From Hyalangium minutum (GTDB lineage: Bacteria > Myxococcota > Myxococcia > Myxococcales > Myxococcaceae): 248,000 bases of DNA. Under the pieces are notes generated by a model. That model was not told the origin of the DNA, did not search any database, and saw only the letters and a list, made by a program, of their open reading frames with translations. The position numbers and the translations under genes were made by a program. Where the stretch lies: contig NZ_JMCB01000013.1 of assembly GCF_000737315.1 (NCBI RefSeq), positions 20,001-268,000 of the forward strand, written 5' to 3'. Positions within the stretch are counted from its first letter, which is position 1. Each line of letters begins with the position of its first letter. This document shows positions 111,610-121,530 of this stretch, piece by piece.

Positions 111610-113079
111610 CTATGAGGCGCTCGACGAGGCGCTGGGTGTCGTGGGCGTGGGACGGTTGATGCCAAGTGCGGCCAGAGTGGCAACGAGCCCCGTGGCCGCC
111701 GAGAACCACCACACGTTCCTGAAGGTGTGGTCCGGATCCAGGGGCGCCGCGCCGCTGCCGAGGATGACCACGAAAGCGCTCGTTCCGATGACGAAGCCCA
111801 TCTGTCGCGCCATGTTGACGACGGCGCTTCCCGTCGAGGTCTGATCCCGGGGCAACTCGACGGTGGCCGACGCGAAGATCGTCGGGAGCGCCAGTCCCAT
111901 GCCGACGCCGATGACGAGCCATCCTGGGAGCACGGAGACGGCGAAGGTCGAGGAGGCGTTGGCGCTGGAGAGCAGCAGGAGCGGACCTGCGGCCAGCATC
112001 AGGGTTCCGAGCGCGGCGATGCTCCCAGGGCGGAAGCGCTTGCTCAGCCTCGAGCTGACGGCGGCGAAGATCGGCACCATGCAGGGGCCGGGGGCAATCG
112101 CCAGTCCCGTCTCCAGGGCGGACCAGTGCCAGCGCTGCTCCAGGAACAGGATGACCGAGAGGAGCTCGGCGCCGAAGGCGACGGACAAGAGGAACGCGGA
112201 GACGTTCGACCAGGCGAAGACGCGGTGCCGGAGCAGCGAGAGGTCGAGCACTGGAGAGGGGTGGCGCGCCGATCGGACGAGGAACGCCACGGAGCCCACT
112301 GCCACCACGGCGCAGGAGAGCAGGGTAGGGATCGAGGTCCAGCCCCAGTCGGGGGCCTTGACGAGCCCGAGCGCCAGCGCGCCGGTCGCCACGATCAGGA
112401 TGGCGCCGCCGAGGAGATCGGGGAGCCGCGACGAGGACTCCGGCCGAGGATTCGGAAGGAACCGGAACGCGGCGATGGCCGCAGCCACGCCGATGGGAAG
112501 GTTGATGACGAAGATCCATCGCCAGGAGGAATCGATGAGGAGTCCGCCGATGGCGGGTCCTGCCGCGCCCGCAAGGGACGAGCTCGAGGCCCAAATGCGG
112601 ATGGAGCGGGCCCGCTGCTCGGGGGGCATGGCCGTCAACACGAGCCCCATGCTCGCGGGAGTCAACACGGCGGCCCCGGCGGCCTGAAGGCACCGGAACA
112701 CGACGAGCCACGTCAGATTGTTGCTGAGCGCGCAGCCAAGGCTGGCGAGGGTGAACAGCCCGAGCCCCACGAGGAAGCCTGCTTTGCGGCCGTAGCGGTC
112801 GACGAGCCGGCCTGCGGGCACGAGCAGTGCGCCATAGAAGATGGTGTAGCCATTGAGGACCCAGCTCAGGTCCGACAGCGACGCCTGGCCGACGTCGCGG
112901 CCGATGTCATCGAGCGCGATGTTGACGATGAACATGTCCAGCGCGGCCATGAACACCGACGAGCAGAGGATCAGCAGGACGAGGGCTGGGCGGGCGCTGG
113001 GGCGGGCCAGCGCGTACGGCGAGGAGGAGGAGAGGGCTTCCATGCGCGTGTGAGCCTCCATGAAGGACGCGCCCGGCAA
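111610..113079 (-). CDS. MFS drug efflux transporter (DHA2)
   Basis: 14 TM; LDMFIVNIAL, GRLVDRYGRK, WRWIFVIN. Confidence 0.9.
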   Translation of the reverse strand: MPGASFMEAHTRMEALSSSSPYALARPSARPALVLLILCSSVFMAALDMFIVNIALDDIGRDVGQASLSDLSWVLNGYTIFYGALLVPAGRLVDRYGRKAGFLVGLGLFTLASLGCALSNNLTWLVVFRCLQAAGAAVLTPASMGLVLTAMPPEQRARSIRIWASSSSLAGAAGPAIGGLLIDSSWRWIFVINLPIGVAAAIAAFRFLPNPRPESSSRLPDLLGGAILIVATGALALGLVKAPDWGWTSIPTLLSCAVVAVGSVAFLVRSARHPSPVLDLSLLRHRVFAWSNVSAFLLSVAFGAELLSVILFLEQRWHWSALETGLAIAPGPCMVPIFAAVSSRLSKRFRPGSIAALGTLMLAAGPLLLLSSANASSTFAVSVLPGWLVIGVGMGLALPTIFASATVELPRDQTSTGSAVVNMARQMGFVIGTSAFVVILGSGAAPLDPDHTFRNVWWFSAATGLVATLAALGINRPTPTTPSASSSAS

Positions 113080-113169
113080 AAAAGCGCGTTAAATGACGGT
113101 CATCATGAATGTGTCTATTCATGTCGGTTATCATGTAAGCTGTCAAGCGTTCCTGGGGTGGAGGACGAG

Positions 113170-113775
113170 ATGAAGGTGTCGAGAGAGCAGGCGGAGGCGA
113201 ACCGCGCCCGCATCATCGAAGTGGCCGGAGAACTCTTCCGCGAGAAGGGGTTCGACGGCATCGGGGTGGCCGATCTGATGAAGGCGGCCGGCCTGACGCA
113301 CGGAGGCTTCTACGGTCACTTCAAGTCAAAGGATGACCTCGCCGCGCAGGCCTGCGAGCAAGCGATGGCCGGGACCCTCAAGAAATGGAACAAGTACGTC
113401 GCCGAGTCTTCGGATGAGCCGCTGGCCTTGTTGGTCTCCCAGTACCTGTCGACGCGGCACCGCGACAACCCGAGCAAGGGCTGCCTCTTCGCGAGCCTTG
113501 GGGGGGAGACGGTTCGTCAAAGCTCCACGGTGCGCCGCACGGTCACGGCCGGGCTTCGCTCCATGATCGATCTGCTGACCGGCCTCGTTCCAGGACGGTC
113601 CAAGGCAGCGCGGCGCGAGAAGGCCATCGCCACCATGTCTGGGATGGTGGGAGCGCTGGTTCTCGCCCGCGCGGTGGACGACAACGCCTTGTCCGAGGAA
113701 ATCCTGCGAGCAGCTGTCGCCACATTCGGTCAGAAGCAGACAGCGCGCGCGGAGGAAGAGGCAGGTGCCAGCTGA
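113170..113775 (+). CDS. TetR/AcrR regulator
   Basis: AGLTHGGFYGHFKSK helix-turn-helix. Confidence 0.92.
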   Translation: MKVSREQAEANRARIIEVAGELFREKGFDGIGVADLMKAAGLTHGGFYGHFKSKDDLAAQACEQAMAGTLKKWNKYVAESSDEPLALLVSQYLSTRHRDNPSKGCLFASLGGETVRQSSTVRRTVTAGLRSMIDLLTGLVPGRSKAARREKAIATMSGMVGALVLARAVDDNALSEEILRAAVATFGQKQTARAEEEAGAS

Positions 113776-113878
113776 TGAAGTGAGGGGCGACTGCCGTGAG
113801 AGTCGCGGTCACCCAGGCGTTCGGTTATGGGGCACGAGTCAACGCCCTCATGCCTGAAGGCGAGGGCCCTCGCTGGGA

Positions 113879-114658
113879 GTGGTCATCATGGACAAGGTCA
113901 TCGTCATCACGGGAGCGAGCTCGGGCATTGGTGCGGAGTTGGCGCGTCAGGCGGGAGAGAAGGGGGCGAAGCTGGTGCTGGCGGCGCGCCGTCAGCCGGA
114001 GCTGGAGGCGGTTGCGGCCCGCTCGGGGAAGGAGGCGATCGCCGTCGTCACCGATGCCACCCAGCGTGCGGACATGGAACGGCTGCGGGACGCCGCGCTG
114101 CAGCGCTTCGGCCGCATCGACGTCTGGGTGAACAACGCTGGGCGAGGCATCACCCGTCCGGTGTCGGAGCTCACGGACGAGGACCTCGACGTCATGATGC
114201 GGGACAACGTGAAGAGCGCGCTCTACGGCATGCAGGTGGTGCTGCCGCACTTCAAGGCGCGCAACGCGGGGCAGATCCTGAACGTGTCGAGCGGGTTGGC
114301 GCGGCTACCGCTGGCGCCCTTCCGCTCGGCGTACAGCGCGGCCAAGCACGCGCTCAACGGGCTCACCGCGTGTCTGCGCTTGGAGCTGAAGCAGTCGCAC
114401 CCGGGCATCATGGTGAGCGTGGTGATGCCGGGAGTGGTGGCCACGGAGTTCGGCAGCAACGCGCTGGGAGGCGGCCCTGACTCCCGCACGCTGCCCGGGG
114501 CGCAGAGCGTCGAGGACGCCACGAAGGTCATCCTCGACGTCATCGAGAACCCGCAGCCCGAAGCCTACACGCAGCCTCAGATGAAGGCGGACGTCGAGCG
114601 CTACTACCACGATGTCGCGGCCTTCGAGGCGGAGCTCAGCGCTCGCTTCCGGCGCTGA
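113879..114658 (+). CDS. SDR oxidoreductase
   Basis: TGASSGIG, NNAG, YSAAK. Confidence 0.92.
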   Translation: MVIMDKVIVITGASSGIGAELARQAGEKGAKLVLAARRQPELEAVAARSGKEAIAVVTDATQRADMERLRDAALQRFGRIDVWVNNAGRGITRPVSELTDEDLDVMMRDNVKSALYGMQVVLPHFKARNAGQILNVSSGLARLPLAPFRSAYSAAKHALNGLTACLRLELKQSHPGIMVSVVMPGVVATEFGSNALGGGPDSRTLPGAQSVEDATKVILDVIENPQPEAYTQPQMKADVERYYHDVAAFEAELSARFRR

Positions 114659-114774
114659 GGCGAAGGCACCAGCGGCCCTACGTGCAAGGTGAGAATCGCG
114701 AGGAGGACCCTTGAGGTCCACTCACCCCGCGTGGCTTTTCCCCTGTCAGACCTTCGGGATAGACCGGAGGCTGC

Positions 114775-114984
114775 ATGGGCCACAAGAAGCCACGCCCCCC
114801 GATGGATGTCCCCACGATGTCCGAGGCCGCGCAGTCGCTCTTCGAGGAGCGCGCGGCCATCCGGGAGTTCCTGGGCGGCATGCCGCGCGTGGAGGCCGAG
114901 GCCGCCGCTCGCGAAGACGTGCAGCGGATCCTGGCTGCGGACCGTGCTGCCGCCACCGCCTGGCGCGAGCGCATCAAGTCCTGA
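114775..114984 (+). CDS. Small hypothetical protein
   Basis: FEERAAIREFLGGMPR.EAE motif. Confidence 0.55.
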   Translation: MGHKKPRPPMDVPTMSEAAQSLFEERAAIREFLGGMPRVEAEAAAREDVQRILAADRAAATAWRERIKS

Positions 114985-115065
114985 ACTGGCGCCATGAATG
115001 ACGAAAGCCATCCCCGCGCCAAGCGAGGATGGCCTCCTGTGCGGCTGTGCGGGCGGCGCGTCTCT

Positions 115066-115743
115066 TTAGAAGACGACGGGGAAGTTGAGGCGCTTGGCGT
115101 GCGGGGCCTTCTCGCCGTCGAGCTTCTCCTTGCCGATCTCGTACGAGGCCGCATCCTGGCGGATGTTCACCATCTGCTCCTCGATGAAGTCCACTTCACC
115201 ATCGGCCTTGGCGTCGGCGACGGTCTGGGCGATGTCGGCCTGGTCCGTGAGCAGCGTGTTGGCCTCGGCGCCGGTGAGGGAGCCGTTCCGCACGCCCTGG
115301 GCAATCTGGCCAATCTGCGAGGCCTGCGCCTTGGCCGTGGGGTCACCGGCCGTGCCGCGCGCTCGGTTATGGGTGGCCGCGAACGCGTCGAGCCCCGCCT
115401 GGGTCTGCAGGCGGCGGATGTTGGCGGCCTCCTTCGCGGTGATCACGCCGTCGGCGCCAGCGCGGGCGGTGGTCCCGGCGATCTTCGCCTGCTGGCTCAG
115501 GAGCTTCGAGGCCTCCTTCTCGGTCAGGGCGCCGCTCTTGAGCCCCTTCTGGATGGTGTCGAGCTGGCTGCCCTGGGTGTTGGCCAGCTGCTGCGAGCGC
115601 ACCGGCGTGAGGAACTTGTCCAGCGTGCCCGGCTTCGGCGGAGGAAGCGGCAGCGGCACAGGACGGGGCAGGGTGGGCGACGGCAGCGTCGGCTGGCTGG
115701 GGGTGAGGATGGGACCCGCGACGGAGGAGTTGATCTTGGTCAT
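115066..115743 (-). CDS. Hypothetical protein with Pro-rich N-terminus and two G..SG.LT..EA repeats
   Basis: Internal repeat seen in the translation. Confidence 0.7.
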   Translation of the reverse strand: MTKINSSVAGPILTPSQPTLPSPTLPRPVPLPLPPPKPGTLDKFLTPVRSQQLANTQGSQLDTIQKGLKSGALTEKEASKLLSQQAKIAGTTARAGADGVITAKEAANIRRLQTQAGLDAFAATHNRARGTAGDPTAKAQASQIGQIAQGVRNGSLTGAEANTLLTDQADIAQTVADAKADGEVDFIEEQMVNIRQDAASYEIGKEKLDGEKAPHAKRLNFPVVF

Positions 115744-115776
115744 GGGAGCGATTTCCGGAAGTGAAGTGACATCGGG

Positions 115777-115804
115777 ATTTTCGGGATTACTCCCAAGGAG
115801 TTGC
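115777..115804 (-). promoter_or_regulatory. Bipartite promoter motif GCAACT-N15-CGAAAAT
   Basis: 33 bp upstream of the 115743 start; matches motif at 23148 and 171548. Confidence 0.5.
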
Positions 115805-115937
115805 GTCAGACGGGTCAAAATCTGCCCGGCCCGTGCTGAAGCCACCCCACGTTCTTCTGCCCTGGCTACGGACACCCAGCCGTCCGAGCGGCTTTCCCGG
115901 CATAGCGGCCCCGAGCCGCGTATATCCTCGGAGCCTC

Positions 115938-116684
115938 ATGGCCTACGACGACTTCAAGAGCCGCATCCGTGAGGGCTGGCAGCACACGCTCCACGGAATT
116001 CTGGCGCGTGCCCGCTCGCTCGGCGCGAAGGCTGTGCTGGCGTTCGACCTGGACTCCACGCTCTTCGACAACCGCCCCCGGCAGGCGCGCATCCTCCGGG
116101 AGTTCGGCTCGGCCCGAGGCCTGACCACCTTGGAGGCCTGCGGCGTCGCTCACTGGACCAGCGGGTGGGACATGAAGGTGGCCATGCGCAACTGCGGCTT
116201 GGCCGCCGAGCAAGTCGAGGCCCTCTACGCCGAGGCCCGTGCCTTCTGGGCGCAGCGCTTCTTCACCAGTGAGTACTGCCTGGATGACGTTGCCATCGAT
116301 GGCGCGGCGGCCTTCACGTACGCCGTGGTGGGCACGGGCGCCCAGCTCATCTACGTCACGGGGCGCCACGAGGGGATGCGCGAGGGCACGGTAGGGGCCA
116401 TGCGCCGCTGCGGCCTGGCGCTCCCGGGCGAGGGGGCCACTCACCTCATCATGAAGCCCGCCCTTCGCGACAACGACGACGCCTTCAAGCGCGACGCCCA
116501 CGCGCGGCTGGGCACGCTCGGCCAGGTGATTGCTGCCTTTGACAACGAGCCCACCCACGTCAATGACTACCTGCAGCGTTTCCCCGAGGCGACGGTCATT
116601 CACCTGGCAACGGACCACTCCGGCCGCCCGGTGCAGCTTTTGGAGGCCGTCGTCTCCATTCCTCACTTCACGGGTGGAACATGA
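115938..116684 (+). CDS. HAD-superfamily acid phosphatase-like protein
   Basis: FDLDSTL, YVTGR, AFDNE. Confidence 0.8.
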   Translation: MAYDDFKSRIREGWQHTLHGILARARSLGAKAVLAFDLDSTLFDNRPRQARILREFGSARGLTTLEACGVAHWTSGWDMKVAMRNCGLAAEQVEALYAEARAFWAQRFFTSEYCLDDVAIDGAAAFTYAVVGTGAQLIYVTGRHEGMREGTVGAMRRCGLALPGEGATHLIMKPALRDNDDAFKRDAHARLGTLGQVIAAFDNEPTHVNDYLQRFPEATVIHLATDHSGRPVQLLEAVVSIPHFTGGT

Positions 116685-116803
116685 CGCGGTGCGCCTAAGC
116701 CATACTTTGACTTTGAAGTCCCACTGCCGCGCGCTATGAGGCGCACGGCGTTTCAAGCCCCGCTGGTACCTGGCGGGGGACCCTTTCAGGGAGGCAGCTC
116801 GCG

Positions 116804-117925
116804 GTGGCCAGCAAGTACTCGAAAGACCTGCTGTTGACGATGCACCGGAAGATGTACCTCATCCGCCGCTTCGAGGAGCGCACGGACCAGGCCTACAAGC
116901 AGCAGAAGATCGCCGGGTTCTGCCACCTCTACATCGGCCAGGAGGCCGTCGCGGTAGGCACCAATGAGGCGCTTCGTCCGGACGACTACATGCTCTCGGG
117001 CTACCGTGACCACGGTCAGCCGCTGGCCCGTGGCTCGGATGCGGGCATGGTGATGGCGGAGCTGTTCGGCCGCGGCACCGGCTACAGCAAGGGCAAGGGC
117101 GGCTCGATGCACATCTTCGACATCGAGCACCATTTCTACGGGGGCTACGGCATCGTCGGCGGGCAGATTCCGCTGGCCGCCGGCATGGCGTTCGCCAGCC
117201 GCTACCGCAACGAGGATCGCGTCACGGTGTGCTTCTTCGGCGACGCGGCGGCCAACCAGGGCGCCTTCCACGAGACGTTCAACATGGCGGTCAAGTGGAA
117301 GCTGCCGGTCATCTACATCTGCGAGAACAACCGCTACGGCATGGGCACGGCGATTGGCCGCGTGTCGGCGGAGCCGGAGATCTACAAGCGCGCGTCGGCC
117401 TACAAGATGCGCGGCGAGGCCGTGGACGGCATGGACTGCCTGAAGATGTACGAGGCGGTGAAGGACGCCGTCGAGTACTGCCGCGCGGGCAAGGGTCCCG
117501 TGCTGATGGAGGCGAACACGTACCGCTTCCGCGGCCACTCCGTGGTGGACCCCGCCGTTTACCGCTCCAAGGACGAGGTGGAGCACGAGCGCAAGAACGA
117601 TCCGATTCCGAAGCTCAAGGAGTACGCGATCAAGAACAAGCTCGCCACGGAGGCGGAGTTCGACGCCATCGACGAGGAGATCAAGGCCCAGGTGGACGCG
117701 GCGGTGAAGTTCGCCGACGAGTCGCCCGAGCCCAGCCTCGAGGAGCTGTGGCGCGACACCATCGTGGAGCCGGGCGAGGAGGACGTGCGCCCGCGCGAGC
117801 GCGTGCTCGGGACGAAGGTGAAGTGGCCTTCGTACCCCTCGGGGCAGGAGCTGAAGGTGACGTGGGATCTGGAGCCTCGCCAGCAGGCCGAGCGCGAGGA
117901 CAAGAAGGCCGGGCTGGCGCGCTAG
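116804..117925 (+). CDS. pdhA: Pyruvate dehydrogenase E1 alpha
   Basis: GKGGSMH, GDAAANQG, YRFRGHS. Confidence 0.95.
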   Translation: MASKYSKDLLLTMHRKMYLIRRFEERTDQAYKQQKIAGFCHLYIGQEAVAVGTNEALRPDDYMLSGYRDHGQPLARGSDAGMVMAELFGRGTGYSKGKGGSMHIFDIEHHFYGGYGIVGGQIPLAAGMAFASRYRNEDRVTVCFFGDAAANQGAFHETFNMAVKWKLPVIYICENNRYGMGTAIGRVSAEPEIYKRASAYKMRGEAVDGMDCLKMYEAVKDAVEYCRAGKGPVLMEANTYRFRGHSVVDPAVYRSKDEVEHERKNDPIPKLKEYAIKNKLATEAEFDAIDEEIKAQVDAAVKFADESPEPSLEELWRDTIVEPGEEDVRPRERVLGTKVKWPSYPSGQELKVTWDLEPRQQAEREDKKAGLAR

Positions 117926-117982
117926 CTGCGCGCCGTGCCTCAACCTCTTATTCACACACGAGCTGACGAGTCGGAGCCAACG

Positions 117983-118969
117983 ATGCCCGAGTTGATGTAC
118001 CGCGAGGCGCTGAACCAGGCGCTCGCCGAGGAGATGGAGCGCGACGCCAACGTCTTCCTCATTGGTGAGGAAGTGGGCCGCTACAACGGCGCGTTCAAGG
118101 TGTCCCAGGGGCTGCTGGATCGGTTTGGAAGCGCGCGCATCATCGACGCGCCCATCTCCGAGCTGGGCTTTGCCGGCCTGGGCGTGGGCGCGGCCATGGT
118201 GGGCCTGCGTCCCATCGTGGAGATGATGACGTGGAACTTCGCCATCCTGGCGATGGACCAGATCGTCAACAACGCGGCCAAGCTGCGGCACATGTCCGGA
118301 GGCCAGCTGCGCTGCCCGATCGTGTTCCGCGGCCCGGGTGGCGCGGGCGGCCGGCTCTCCAGCCAGCACAGCCAGGCACTCGAAGCCAACTACGCCCACT
118401 TCCCGGGCCTCAAGGTGATTGCCCCGGCCACGCCCGCGGACGCCAAGGGCATGCTCAAGTCGGCCATCCGCGATGACAACCCCGTCATCATGTTCGAGGG
118501 CGAGCGCCTCTACGCCATCAAGGGCGAGGTGCCCGAGGGCGAGCACGTCGTCCCCATCGGCAAGGCGGACGTGAAGCGCGAGGGCAAGGACGTCTCCATC
118601 ATCACCTGGAGCCGCATGTACTACTTCGCCGAGCAGGCCGCGCAGCAGCTGGAGCAGGAGGGCATCTCCGCGGAGATCCTCGACCTGCGCACGCTGCGGC
118701 CGCTCGACGAGGAGGCCATCCTGGCCACGGTGCGCAAGACGAACCGCGCCGTCATCGTGGAGGAGGGTTGGTCGCTGGCGGGCGTGGGCGCCTCGGTGGT
118801 GGACATCATCCAGTCCAAGGCGTTTGACGAGCTGGACGCGCCGGTGCAGCGCGTGACGGGACTGGACGTGAACATGTCCTACGCCACGAACCTGGAGAAC
118901 GCGACCCAGCCGGACGCCGCGAAGATCATCGCCGCGGTGAAGAAGGTCCTCTACCGAGAGGGAGCCTGA
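117983..118969 (+). CDS. pdhB: Pyruvate dehydrogenase E1 beta
   Basis: DAPISE, HSQ, DLRTLRPLD. Confidence 0.95.
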   Translation: MPELMYREALNQALAEEMERDANVFLIGEEVGRYNGAFKVSQGLLDRFGSARIIDAPISELGFAGLGVGAAMVGLRPIVEMMTWNFAILAMDQIVNNAAKLRHMSGGQLRCPIVFRGPGGAGGRLSSQHSQALEANYAHFPGLKVIAPATPADAKGMLKSAIRDDNPVIMFEGERLYAIKGEVPEGEHVVPIGKADVKREGKDVSIITWSRMYYFAEQAAQQLEQEGISAEILDLRTLRPLDEEAILATVRKTNRAVIVEEGWSLAGVGASVVDIIQSKAFDELDAPVQRVTGLDVNMSYATNLENATQPDAAKIIAAVKKVLYREGA

Positions 118970-118974
118970 GACGT

Positions 118975-120582
118975 ATGGCCAAGCCCATCGAGATGCCGTC
119001 GCTCTCCCCGACCATGACGGAGGGGAAGATCGTCAAGTGGCTCAAGAAGGTGGGGGACAAAGTCTCCTCCGGTGAGGCAGTCGCCGAGGTGGAGACCGAC
119101 AAGTCCAACCTCGAGATCGAAGCCTACGACGACGGCGTTCTGCTCCAGATTGCCGTGGCCGAAGGCCAGATGGCCAAGGTCGGTGCCCCCATCGCCTACC
119201 TGGGCGCCAAGGGCGAGAAGGTCGAGGCCGGTGCGGCCTCCGCGCCTGCTCCCGCCGCTCCGAAGGCTCCGGCCGCCGCGCCCGCTCCGGCTCCGGCTCC
119301 GGCAGCCCCGGCTGCTTCTGCTCCGGCCGCGGGCGGTGAGGGGATCCCGGTCCCCATGCCATCGCTCTCCCCGACGATGACCGAGGGGAAGATCATCAAG
119401 TGGCTCAAGAAGGTGGGCGACAAGGTGTCGTCCGGTGAGGCCATCGCCGAGGTGGAGACCGACAAGTCCAACCTCGAGATCGAGTCCTACGAGGACGGCA
119501 CGCTCGCGAAGATCGTCGTGGGCGAGAACCAGATGGCGAAGGTGGGCGCTCCCATCGCGTTCATCGCGGGCAAGGGCGGCAAGGCGGCGGCTTCCGCGCC
119601 TCAGGCCTCCGCACCCGCGCCTGCGGCGGCTCCTGCTCCTGCGGCTCCCAAGGCCGAGGCGCCCAAGGCTGCCGCGCCCGCAGCGGCTCCTGCGGCTTCG
119701 AAGGGTGGCCGTGTCCGGGCCAGCCCGCTCGCGAAGCGGATGGCGAAGGACCGGGGCATCGACCTGGCTGCGCTGCAGGGCTCGGGTCCGCTCGGCCGCG
119801 TCGTGAAGCGTGACATCGAGCAGGCGCTGGCTCAGGGCGTGCCCGCGAAGCAGGCTCCGGCGGCGGCTCCGGCCAAGGCGGCGCGTGCGGCTCCGGGCGT
119901 CCGGCCCGAGCCGCAGGTGGTGCCGATCTCGTCGATGCGCAAGGTGATCGCCCAGCGCATGAACGAGGTGAAGCCCGGCGTGCCCCACTTCTACCTGACG
120001 GTGGACGTGGAGATGGACGCGGCGATGAAGATCCGCGAGGAGGCCAAGGCACTGGAGTCCAAGGTCTCCGTCAACGACATCATCGTGAAGGCGGCGGCCA
120101 TCGCGCTGAAGCGCTACCCGAAGATCAACGTGTCTCTGCAGGGCGACAAGATCCTGCAGTACGCCACGGCGGACGTGGGTATCGCGGTGGCGCTGGAGGA
120201 GGGGCTCATCACGCCCATCATCCGGGATGCGGACCAGAAGGGCCTCTCGGCGATCTCCGCCGAGTCCCGCGAGCTGGCCGAGCGCGCCCGCAAGCGGGCC
120301 CTCAAGCCGGACGAGTACACCGGTGGCTCGCTCACGGTGAGCAACCTGGGCATGTACGGCATCGACCAGTTCGTGGCCGTCATCAACCCGCCGCAGGCTT
120401 CCATCCTCGCGGTGGGCGCGGTGGCGGACAAGCCGGTGGTGCGTGACGGGCAGATCCTCGTGCGGAAGATCCTCACGGTGACGCTCTCGTGCGATCACCG
120501 CGTGATCGACGGCGCCATCGGCGCGGAGTACCTGCGCGAGTTCAAGACGCTGCTCGAGCACCCGATGCGCCTGTTGTTCTAG
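118975..120582 (+). CDS. pdhC: Dihydrolipoamide acetyltransferase with two lipoyl domains
   Basis: Two ETDKS lipoyl motifs, ASPLA binding domain, DHRVIDG. Confidence 0.95.
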   Translation: MAKPIEMPSLSPTMTEGKIVKWLKKVGDKVSSGEAVAEVETDKSNLEIEAYDDGVLLQIAVAEGQMAKVGAPIAYLGAKGEKVEAGAASAPAPAAPKAPAAAPAPAPAPAAPAASAPAAGGEGIPVPMPSLSPTMTEGKIIKWLKKVGDKVSSGEAIAEVETDKSNLEIESYEDGTLAKIVVGENQMAKVGAPIAFIAGKGGKAAASAPQASAPAPAAAPAPAAPKAEAPKAAAPAAAPAASKGGRVRASPLAKRMAKDRGIDLAALQGSGPLGRVVKRDIEQALAQGVPAKQAPAAAPAKAARAAPGVRPEPQVVPISSMRKVIAQRMNEVKPGVPHFYLTVDVEMDAAMKIREEAKALESKVSVNDIIVKAAAIALKRYPKINVSLQGDKILQYATADVGIAVALEEGLITPIIRDADQKGLSAISAESRELAERARKRALKPDEYTGGSLTVSNLGMYGIDQFVAVINPPQASILAVGAVADKPVVRDGQILVRKILTVTLSCDHRVIDGAIGAEYLREFKTLLEHPMRLLF

Positions 120583-120648
120583 TCCCGAAGCAGGGCCGCC
120601 ATGCTCACGCGCGTGGCGGCCCGGCTGGGCCCGGTGCTTCTCAGCAAC

Positions 120649-120870
120649 TCAGCTCCGGGTCTCTTCGTCTTCCTCGTCGATGTCGCGCTCGAGACGGCGC
120701 TGGGCCTCGGTGACGTCGGCCTGCACTTCGCGCGGCGTGCCGGTGGGCAGCTCCTCCTCGTGCTCCTTCGAACGGCCCTGGATGCCAGGCCATGGCTCCG
120801 GCCGGGTCGCCTGGACGTGATCGATGTGCTCCACGTAGCCCTTGTCCTTCTTGTCCTTCTTCTCCATCAC
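120649..120870 (-). CDS. Small acidic hypothetical protein
   Basis: RBS GGAAGGAGG; GC3-biased. Confidence 0.55.
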   Translation of the reverse strand: MMEKKDKKDKGYVEHIDHVQATRPEPWPGIQGRSKEHEEELPTGTPREVQADVTEAQRRLERDIDEEDEETRS

Positions 120871-121018
120871 CGCCTCCTTCCACGTGTCCGTAGAGATACG
120901 GTGAGGTGGGAAGGTGGGGTAGCAACGGGACTGCCGGTGGAGGGCTTGCTGGGTTGCCTGCTCTCCGGGCGATGAAAAAAGCCCGCAATCGAGCCGTCAC
121001 CTGCTTAACTTCTCCTCA

Positions 121019-121324
121019 ATGAACGACGACATGACACGGGCCCGGTCCACCGAAGGCGATGGTGGGTTGGGGGCACGTGCGAAGCCGGCCCCTTCGCTCG
121101 CATCCTCGCTGCGGCAGGCGCTCCAGGGCGCGGTGTTCCCGCTCTCGCGGGAGCATCTGGTTCTGGTGGCCCGAGAGAACGCCGCTCCCGCCGAGCTCCT
121201 CACGCTGATGTCGGGGCTGCCCAGTGGCGAGTTCCGCTCTCTCGAGGCTGTGGAGTTCTCGCTCGAGGGCGCCGTGCAGCACAGGGCCCGTGCGCTGCAC
121301 GAGTCCGGTAGCAACGAGCGCTGA
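121019..121324 (+). CDS. DUF2795-like small protein
   Basis: AL.GA.FP.SREHLV..A pattern. Confidence 0.65.
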   Translation: MNDDMTRARSTEGDGGLGARAKPAPSLASSLRQALQGAVFPLSREHLVLVARENAAPAELLTLMSGLPSGEFRSLEAVEFSLEGAVQHRARALHESGSNER

Positions 121325-121530
121325 GGCGCTGCTGCTCCGCTCCTGAGCCAGCGGCCGTGCTTCGCACGGACCGTTTCGGCGGGGTACGCGGGGCTTGAGA
121401 CGCGGCGCGTCACGATCAGTGATCACTCCCGCGAGCATGTGAAGGGGAGGGGGATGCGCTGGCGGGTGGTAGCGGTATCCTGTCGTCATCCTCACCGGGT
121501 TACTCCTCCGCCCGGGCCGGAACCCCATCC

